Assembly: GCA_031835245.2 (NCBI GenBank)
Contig: JAVKOQ020000038.1
Location: 248,001 to 279,464 of the forward strand
DNA: 31,464 bases
Direction: 5' to 3'
From: Balamuthia mandrillaris
Lineage: Eukaryota
Position numbers and translations under genes: made by a program. The notes under the pieces were generated by a model. The model was not told the DNA's origin, did no database searches, and saw only the letters and a program-made list of their open reading frames with translations. Of the stretch, positions 12,564-22,300 are shown piece after piece. Within the stretch, counting starts at the first letter, position 1. Every line of letters begins with the position of its first letter.

Positions 12564-15500
12564 ATGCAGGCCACTAAGATGGAAATCCAGGAAGTAGAGC
12601 AAATCCAGGAGGTGAAGAGGGAAATACAGGAGGTGAAGAGGGAAATACAGGAGGTGAAGAGGGAAATACAGGAGGTGAAGACGGAAATACGGGCGGAGTC
12701 GGACGAGCACTTGCGCAGTGCGGCTACAGCCCTACTGCCCTCCTTAGTGGAGCGACAAGTAAATTTGCTTGCTCTTCTCAACACCCTCACTAAAAGGCTG
12801 CAAGAACATTATGGTATGGTTTTGTTGGTCATTATGGTGGTGCAGTAGAACGAAAACACCAACCAAACCAAAAAAACAAACAAACACGCAAAAGGGCCCG
12901 ATCGGGGTACTGCCGCGTCCACTAGCTCGCAATTACATGCACACACACAAACTGTCTCTCCCGACATGCCAGGGACGTCATCTAGGGAAAGTTCCTCCTC
13001 ACGAGAGGGTAAGATATCTTAGTTGGCTTTTTCTTGTCTCTCTGAGCTACCACTAACTTTGCAAACGGCAGGCCGACCGTCTGCAGGACTAGCCGACTTG
13101 CATAAGGCTTTTCGTATGGCCAAGGAGCCAAATACTTCCCCAAGCGCCCATTCCTTGCAGCACAAAGTTCCCGATACATTGCTAACCAGCAGGCGTATCG
13201 AGAAGCCTTTGATCTTATCATCTGGCAATAGCCTTTGCAGGGTGCCACTTGGAAAAAAAAACGCGGCTAAGTTCTGCTGGGTGAGGAACGTCTTCGCCTC
13301 CTATCGGCACTTTCGATTGCCGACTGCATTGGAAAGCACTTTGCAGCCCAAACTTGCTCGTTGTCCTAACGCACAAAATGTAAGTTCTTGGTTCTTGCTT
13401 TGCTTCTTCCGTCATTCCTTTGACTAACAGTACAGAAACATCTTTTTTTTTTTATAGCATGGCTTTCAAGTGGTATTCATTGATGGGCCTTATGAAACCA
13501 GTGATCTCACAATACCGAAAGAGTTCACGTTTTCTACGACAGATGCCAACTTTCAGTCTTGCGCAAGCCATCTATGTCGGCTTTCAGAAGATATGGAGGC
13601 GATTTTATCAGGATTGCGGAGCGAAGGCACTATCGAGATGGAGTTATATATTTGGCTCTATTCGTGCTTTATTTTTGGCTGTTCCAAGCGTTTGGACAGA
13701 GCATGGTAGGTTCTTCTCCTCATCGTTTTGTCATTGTTGTTTGTGTTTGTTGGTGGTTTCCGAGATAATAAGAGTCTAACGCACTGGCCATGCTATATCT
13801 TTCCAAGGAAAGGGACTGTGAAAGACAAAGGGTATCCTTTAAAGGATCCTCAACGGCTTAGCAAGGCAGAGTTGCTCAGTATGTTAATGGCTGGAGAAAA
13901 ATTACAAAAAGCTGCGTTCACCAAGACATGGCGTCCAGATGGGATCGTTGGCTTAGCAGGACCTGCATGTTCCAACCTGGTAAACAATGATCAGCTGATC
14001 ATATCGGAGTGTGTTTATGTTGGCTTTCTTGCCATTGAACACAAAAAGGACAGCGACGACTTGTCAGACATGTACAGAAAACTCATTATTATACTGTTGT
14101 GCCATGAATGACTGACTCCTCCCTTTCTGATTTTAGAAATACCTTGATAAACGAGATGTATCTGTTGTGCTGTCACCAGAGAAAGATAGGCATCCAACAT
14201 CCGTTGGCATTCGGTATTTATTGGGCAAAGGATAAATTCTTTTTATTTTGTATGGAAACAAGACAAGACAAAGACAAGGAAATGGAATACACACCCCACC
14301 AACTAATACAGCTCTCAAGTGCCAAAGGTGGGTCCCCTGAGCTTTTTGTTTTTTTTTGTTTCTTTTTGTTACAGCAACTCTGAATGCACTCGTTTCTCTG
14401 GGTGGTGATTTTCTCTAGATTCAGACCTGGTTTTGATCTTTAGAGCTTTGTGGTATCTTCGTCTACACGGTTTACACTTGGCTCACTTAGTGGAGACTGA
14501 TGTTGAGGATTTTTTCAAGAACGCCAACGTCTACTCATGCAATCCGACCACACGATTCGTTAAAAGAAGGAGACCTGGCGGTGCTCCTTCTGGTTCAAGT
14601 TCATCACCAGAAAGCAAAAAAGATGAAGGCCCACAGAGTGATGGCAGCAGTGACAAAGACCCTCCCTCTAAGCAACAAGGAACCAAAGATGAAGGCAATC
14701 ACTGTCGAGACGTGAAAGGAAAAGCAAGAGAGAAGGAAGGCGGTGCCAAGGAATGTATTGAAGGGAAAGCTGGCGATGTAGTTTGTGATAGAGTTACGGG
14801 ACAGAGATTCCTGGTCCTTTCCAAAGTGTTGAGCGTGGTATGTTTTTGCTGGTTTCAACTCGATCTCTTATTTCATATATCTTGGCTTCTCACTGCTTGT
14901 TTTTTTTTGTTGTAAAACCATTGGCGTGGTCGGCTTCATCAACCATGAATCAGGGACATCGCAATTGCGTGCAATTGGGCAAAGACCTGGAATGTGGAAA
15001 GCTGGTGGTGCTGAAGTGGAGGCTCGATGGGGACACCGATGCTTTCAACAGGGAGTTGAATGCTTTGCGCCGCCTGTCAGATTGTCCAGGAATAGTTCAA
15101 CTCATCGGAGAGGTCTATGATGAGAGGCAGGATTTGCATGGACTTGTACTGGAGCACTTGGGCAATTCCGTTTCGCTTTCACCACCAGCCATCACAGGAG
15201 CCCTATTTCGTCACTATATGCACCAGCTGTTGAAGGTAATGCTTTTGTTTGTAAGCTTTCTTTTTCTTGGTATTGCCTTTACCTAACAATTTGTTTGTGT
15301 GTGTCGTTATTACAATGATTCACCACCATTCCTCAGGCACTGAGTTGCTGTGAGGAAAAAGACATTGTGCACCATGATGTTAAAGCAGCCAATGTGGTGT
15401 TTACTGAGGATAAGGCTTGTGTAGTATTGTCTGATGTTGTCTGATGTTGTTGTTGTCTTATGTTGTTGTCTTATGTTGTTGTTGTTGTCTTATGTTGTTG

Positions 15501-15577
15501 TTGTTGTCTTATGTTGTTGTTGTTGTCTTATGTTGTTGTTGTTGTCTTATGTTGTTGTCTTATGTTGTCTTATGTCG

Positions 15578-15636
<59 letters not shown>

Positions 15637-16407
15637 CTTGTTGTTGTGCTTCTTCTTTTTCTTCATATTCTTCTGCTGAATGTTTGATAGGCCTGAGTAA
15701 TGAACTTGTTGGCTGATTGCTATTTTATGGTTGTTAACAGAGAGCAGTGATTATTGACTTTGATTTTTCAGTCTTTGTGTCATGGCACCCATACACAAAC
15801 TATCCTTGCAGCAGCGGCCACACTCCTCTGGAACTTGCTGCTGGCAGCTACATCCACTCTTCCAGTGCCATTGATGTGTGGTGTGCTGGTATTGTGTTGT
15901 TAATGAAGGTGAGTATGTTCACTGCTTGAATGTCTTGTATGTGTGAGCAAAAGCTGCTGATACTATGCATTCTAGTTATTGAACATTGAATTTTGGTCAA
16001 ATGACATTGCTTGGGACCTTGTGGCCATTCTACAATCAGCTCCAGTAGGACTCCGACGTAAACATGTTGTGGAGTGGCTTGCCTACCATTGGTACTTGCC
16101 TTTCTCTCATCTCTTGCTTCTCACTCCCTTGCCACAGCTGAAGTTTGGCCGCCCTTCGGATCTCTGATATGCTATCTTCTGACTTGTTGGATTTATTTTA
16201 TTTTTTTAACATTGATGCAGGCAAATGGATAAACGATGGGGGGAGGTGATGTTCATAGAAGATGCGAGTCATCAGTGGTATCCTTCCACTTTTTGCACAG
16301 AAGATGCTCTGGACCTTGCATACCATATGACAAGACCAGAACAAGACAGAATCACGTTGAAGAATGCCCTTACACATCCCTTTTTTCTTCCAATAGGCGT
16401 GTATTAG
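12564..16407 (+). CDS. Multi-exon gene: heptad coiled-coil, PD-(D/E)XK nuclease-like domain and protein kinase (possibly disrupted; 5' end uncertain)
   Basis: EIQEVKR repeats; TWRPDGIV...LAIEHK; kinase motifs VVLKW, FNRELNAL, GLVLEHL, IVHHDVKAANVV, VIIDFDFS, TPLEL, IDVWCAGIV and RITLKNALTHPFF on successive exons. The intron at about 14072-14137 keeps frame. The acceptor near 14915 lacks a clear AG. Confidence 0.65.
12600..12690 (+). repeat. 21-bp coding tandem repeat (GAAATACAGGAGGTGAAGAGG), about 4 copies
   Basis: Visible repeat; encodes EIQEVKR heptads. Confidence 0.9.
15425..15646. repeat. Intronic (GTT)n microsatellite interspersed with GTCTTAT units
   Basis: Lies between kinase subdomain VIb (HHDVK) and VII (DFD) exons. 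Confidence 0.9.
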
Positions 16408-16483
16408 AGCTGTTGTGGAAAATGATGTCTCTTTTTCTCTTTTATTCTCTTTTTTGTTTTTATTTTATACTGCTGTCAAGATC

Positions 16484-16499
16484 TAGGTTAGGGTTAAGG
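16484..16499 (+). repeat. Short degenerate telomere-type motif TAGGTTAGGGTTAAGG
   Basis: Seen directly, at the left edge of the AT-rich island. Confidence 0.45.
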
Positions 16500-17169
16500 A
16501 ATCGGCCTTGTTTTAAGGCTAAATTTTGCCGGACAGGTATAAGGTGTAGTATCCTAAACATAAGAATACATCCAAAGGAAGAGTAATACTTAAAGTATTT
16601 GCCAAACAAACAGTTTTGTGTTTTATTAAGATGTAACAAAGTTATTTATAGAAAATATGGGAACCAAAGGAACCTCCTTGGTTCCCGTTCCATAGCAAAA
16701 TTTCAGACTTAGAAAAATTTCAACATTCTCTAAGTCAAAATGAATTGAAAAGGAAAATTAATGTTTATTAATTAAAAAAAAAGGAATACAATGTTATTGA
16801 AAATAAAAAGCGTTTTTGTAGAACTCAACATGCTCTCTATCCAATGAGCTTTATTTACAAAAAGTAAAAATGATTTATAACAGAGTAATTAATTATATAC
16901 ATAACTTTTGTATTTTAAAAAATAATAGAAAATATTGATAAAACTATTAAACAAATAAAAAGGGATTGATAGATACAGATAAATAATGAATAAATTATTG
17001 TTTAAAAGGTGTTTCATTAATATTGAATGAAATGAATATACATGGGCAGTTGTGCCAACAATATAAAAACAAACCTTGCAAAACAAACAATAATTAAATC
17101 AGAAAAACAACTTAAAAACAAAATCTTTCCTGAACAATCATTGTTGTAGATACAGCTACAATCATTACT

Positions 17170-18039
17170 ATAATGAAAGATTTAAATAATAATGGATCCT
17201 CTAAATTATTCCAATACTTTCCTTGGTAATCTCTGAGGTAATTTTTTTCTTGATTCCAAATAGGATGATTTGCTCTCTTTTCCATTTAACTTTGATATAA
17301 AACACCATGTCCAAATCTATCATCATCACCAATTATTTGTTCCCATTTACATCTAATATTTTTCTACTACATCATTATCTCTGTTGTCATTATTGCTGTT
17401 TCTATTATAATAATAAGTTTGTCTCAAAATATTTATCATCATCATCCATAAATGTAAGTCTTCTAAGTCTTTTATATCTTCTTTTTGAAACTTGATCTGC
17501 TGCTATTGATTGAAATAAGAATTTATATTAATAATTAAAAATAAAGAAAATAATTAGAAAAAGAAAGTACCTTTGTCTTTTTCATTTTCTTCAAATTGCT
17601 GTTGTAACTCTTGAAGTACATCAGATTCTTCTTGTGTTTCTTTTTGTTTTTCATCATTATCATTATCATCATCATCAATCTCACTACTATCTTCCAAAAA
17701 TAATGAAACTATATCATCATAAGTAGATTGCCATTCTTCTTCTTCTTCTTCTTCTTCTTCTTCTTCTTCTCCATCATCCTTAATATCATCTTCTATTTCT
17801 TTTTCTTCTTCTTCTTTTTCTTCTTCTTCTTCTTCATGATTACACCACCAATTTGGATCTTTTATCTTCAAGTTTTGTTGAATAACAAGTCGCATACGAT
17901 TCACAATTTTTCTACCTAACTGATGATCCTTTTGAGCTGATACTTTGGTATAATGTGTATTATGAGTATTAAAACTATGAAGCATAGCTCGAGCTAACTT
18001 GACTCTGACTTCTTCCGGAACTGAAAGATCTCTAGCAGT
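17170..18039 (-). pseudogene. AT-rich, 5'-truncated acidic ORF remnant with a possible degenerate chromodomain
   Basis: The ORF ARDLSVPEEVRVKL...EKDK ends at a GT donor near 17570. Downstream fragments in mixed frames read VVEK/ILD, KVKWK, PIWNQEKN and KYW. The 5' end abuts the TTAGGG tract. Confidence 0.3.
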
Positions 18040-18057
18040 CAGGGTTAGGGTTAGGGG
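18040..18057 (+). repeat. Interstitial telomere-type tract CAGGG(TTAGGG)2G
   Basis: Seen directly, about 130 bp beyond the stop of the YR-Myb gene. Confidence 0.75.
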
Positions 18058-18188
18058 CGGGTACTCAGAACCTACGGCATTCAACTCCCCATGGTCCATT
18101 CTATAAAACTCTAAGTCTATAAGTCTAACGGATAAAGTGGGTCAAAGTAGCAATTTTTTCAATTTTCGTATAGAAATACCTATATAAT

Positions 18189-19343
18189 CTAACAAGATAT
18201 AATCATAATATCATCATCATCTTCATCATCATTCTCCTCTGTCTCTTCCTCTTCATCCAAGATGGATATAACTGTAGTGGTAGTAAAAGTAGGAGATGAT
18301 GATGGGGAGGAAGTGTTGTCATTATCATCATCATCATCCGATTTGTCAAAGTCCTCATCATGGGCCACCAAGTATTTGGCCTTCAAAGCATCGAGATTGT
18401 TGGAGAATTCTGTGAGGAGATTGCGCCATTTATCATAGCAATCATTGTTGGTTCGACGTTGGGTAGGCAAGTGTTTGGCAATCTCCAACCAAGACCATCC
18501 ATCACGCAAGCGCCAAGTGACAAGTCTACGGATTTCTGGTGCCTGCCAAGCGATCCGTTGCCGATGGCCATTCTTCCGATATTTGAGTCGATTGGATAAC
18601 AATTGTTGTCGCTGAAGCGCTCTGCGAACTCGTTGTCGTCGTGGTGTTTGTTTTTTTGAGTCAGGACTCTTGTCATCATCATCAGCATCGAGAGAAGCAA
18701 GGGAGGAGGATGATTGCTCTTGACGAGAGGTGAGGAATGCTTTGTGAATGGGTGATCCGTTGACCAACTTGGGAAGTACAGGAGCTACAAACTCATCCAC
18801 CAGCTCATTCAAGCCACTGAAAAAGCTTTGTAGAATGCCAGAGATGTGTTGACGGCACAGCTGGCGATGAATATTGGGCCAACGAAGAGGAGATTTGTTT
18901 TTGGCCTCATAGGTGGCTGCAGCTTCAGCTAGCACATCCTTATCAAACTCATCTGGATGATTTTCTACCCAAGCGGTACAACATTCAAGCCACAAGGAGC
19001 GATAAAATCGTATTTGTTGATCTTTGGTTGGCAAATCTGTTCGTTTCATGAACCACCTAAAGAAGCAGTGTAAAAGAAGAAGAAGAAAGAAAGAGAAAGT
19101 GAGAGAAAGAAAGAGGAAAAGAAAGAAAAAGGGAAAAGAGACAAAAAACAAAGTGTGAGTGAATGTTAAAAGAAGAACAAATGAACTAAGACCAATTATA
19201 ACAATTATTGTTTAGACTATGAATGTTGCTGCTGTCACAATAAACCTGTGCGTTCTAGCTGAGCGCTAGGTCTAAGGGTGCATTTTTGAATGCAAGCAAG
19301 CAAACAAACAAGCTAAAAACTGACTGGATAGATAAATAGATAA

Positions 19344-19383
<40 letters not shown>

Positions 19384-22300
19384 TGGTGATGGTGGTGGAT
19401 ACTATGCAAACAAAACAAACAAACAAACACAAACAAACAAACCGTTGGCGAACAGCATGAATAAAACTCTGATAGTTGGTATCTGCAGACCAGTTGGATT
19501 GTTGCAAAGCATCTGAGGATAGATTGTGAAATGCTTCTTTGGTAACTAGCTCTGGAGCAATAACTGTATGTATGCAAGGGAGTGAGAATGAAAAGAACCA
19601 AAAAGAGAGCAAGTCAGTCCATCAAGTGATAGTGGTGGTGGTGGTGGTGATGGTGGTGGTGGTGGTGGTTTATTGACGCTGGTCAGGCAGCCAGCCCAGC
19701 CAAAGAAAAAACAAAAGAAAAAACAAAACTCAGACGAGCAGTAACGAACCACAATGTCGAGGAGGATGATAATCAGCAGTGGTAGTTGCAACAGAGGATG
19801 AAGATGATGAAGAAGAAGAAGAAGAAGAAGAATGAGGATGAGTGGTGGTAACATTGCTGACCAAGCGATTGGCCACAATAGCACGTTTTAATGTATCCTT
19901 GACGTAGACTTGCTGGGATCTACCACGAGGTACCCAACCTGCGATAAGGGCAGTAGTATCCAGTACATTGTTCTGACTGTGACCTTCCTGCAGTCCCTCC
20001 AAAATCAAGGCAGTGCAAAGGAAGCCAGCACGCAAGGAGTGAAAGGAAAACAATCCTTCAGGATAACCAGCCCGAACAGCCCGATCTTGCAACTTGGCAT
20101 TTAAAGTATCGCGTGACCATCCCCATAATGATGTTTGTTTTTGTTTGTCTGTCAAGCGCCAGTTGTGAAACTCGCGCAAATCCAAACCATGCTTGCATAT
20201 GTTGGTTGAATCCAACCTTAGGAAGGAAAGAGTCGGTGACGAGACAAGGAGTGTATTCAAGAGAATAGAGGAAGGACAACGAGAGTGAATCTCCGACGTT
20301 GCTTCAAAGTACACCGAGAGAAAAGGGAAAAGGGAGAAAGGAAGGATGGGGGATACAAAAGAAAGGAGAGCTGAGGGTCTGGGACGGATCCAACATGAGG
20401 AGTCTTGAGATAAGTGTTGGTGATTTTACCAACATACTCCCCCTCTTAAGAAGAAGTGGAAGGTGAAGAAGATTGTTTGAGGAGATCCCAATAACGTTTG
20501 ACGAGTTTGGGAGCATGAACATCTTTAGCAGGGATCCATTGGTTGTCAGAATGTGGGTAGCCTTTCCAGTGAACAAAGTATTCACGCTTATTGGCTGGGC
20601 CTTTGTGATCAAGGATTTCATCTATTTCGTACTCATCTGGCAGGAGTTCATTAGTAGTCGAGTCCTCTGGGGGGGCAACGAGCTTCAGCTGGTTGGGGCT
20701 GAATTTGTCTGGGAGGGTAACACTGGTGCTGTCCTGGAGGAGATATGCACCACCACGATTGCGGCGGATAACTGTGTAGGGGCCAGAGTACTCAGGAAGA
20801 GACTTGGGAGACCTGGGAGGCTTGCGTAGCATGACTTTGGAACCAGTGGAAAATTCGCGGAGTGGCTTAGAGGAATCATGTTGAGCCTTGATGTTGGAGC
20901 TGTGCTTCCGGGTAGAAGATGCTGATGCCGGGTAGACAATATCATGCATTTGCTTGGCATTCTCCAAGAGGAGAGTTTCGGTAGGAAGCTGGGAGGAGGA
21001 AGAAGAATAGTCTTGTGGAGTGGTAGCTGGGCGACCAAAGAACAGTTGGAAAGGGGAAGACTTGTGACGATGGGTGACGCGTTGGTTGATTGCGTATTGG
21101 GCAGCAGGAAGAAAGGTGTGCCAGTGAGACCAATCACTGTTAATGAGCTTGTTAAGGGTGTTGCGGGCCAGCTTGACATGGCTTTCTGCAGCTCCGTTGG
21201 CTCGAGGATGATAGGCCAAGATGAACCGGTGCTCAAAGCCAGAGAGTGTCTTGAGAGCTTTGATGATCGCGTTGACGAACTCAGTGCCGTTGTCTGACTG
21301 AAGGATCTTAGGGAGACCGAAATCAGAGACGACTTGATACAGGGTGCGGGCCACGTCTTTAGCAGTCTTGGCGTGGATTGGGCGGAGGGAAGTGGAACCG
21401 GGTAGCGATGTCTGTGGTGACCAGAACGTAGTTGAAGCCTTTGGAAGAAGTGGGAAGTGGGCCAAACAGATCGATGGCGACGTGATCGAAGGGGTAAGTG
21501 GCGTGGATGGTTTTGAGGGAATGAAAGCCGTGTTTGGTGACGTTGTGCTTAAGGCAGTCATTGCATTGTAGGCAAGTGCGGGAACAGTCAGCACGAAGAG
21601 TAGGCCAGTAATAGCCTTCATTCCAGATCTTGACGAACAAGGTTTCTGCTCCGTGATGTCCTTCTGTGTGGAACAGCTGCAGGAGGCGTTTCCGTTCGGA
21701 GGTGGAAGGGAGTTGTTTGCTGAGTCTGCCCTTGATGTGCCTGTTAAGAGCGGATTTGGCTGTGGATGGGGAGTTGTCAACCAAGGCGAGAGCCTTGAGG
21801 TCGCGGGGTTTGCGCTGAGCCAAGCGAGGGGCGTCAAGAGGGATGGAGGGAGGTGTAAGACCACCGTTGTCCCAGAAGGAGCGCGGGTACAGCCGAGAGA
21901 GACAGTCCTCGAGGATCATGTGAACGCCAGGGCGGTGGACGATCTCGAAGTTGTACTCGGAGATGAGGAGAGCCCAATAGTTGAGGGTGTAGTTTTTACT
22001 GTTAGAAGTGAAGAGGTAGGACAAAGCCTTGTGATCAGAAAAGATCGTGAACTTGTTGCCATAGAGCCAATCGCTGAAGGAGCGGACGGCGAAGAGGATG
22101 GCGAGCATCTCTCGTTTGGTGGCAGGATAGTTGCGTTGGGCAGGGTTGAGAGCCTTGCTCGCGAACGCGATGTACTGGTGTTTGTTGTTGGGTCCGATCT
22201 GGTAAAGGACAGCGCCAACACCGAATTGGGAGGCATCGGTGCCAACCAAAAGAGGTAAGGATGGGTCATAGAGTGAGAGCACAGGTGGGTTGGATAAGAT

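Noticed and set aside
12600..12690. CRISPR-like array
   Set aside because: These are contiguous coding repeats without spacers, in a eukaryotic context.
18040..18057. True chromosome end
   Set aside because: Only about 3 repeat units, with complex sequence continuing on both sides.
21380..21400. Programmed frameshift in the integrase
   Set aside because: It falls inside the catalytic core with no slippery heptamer; a 1-nt insertion or sequencing error is simpler.
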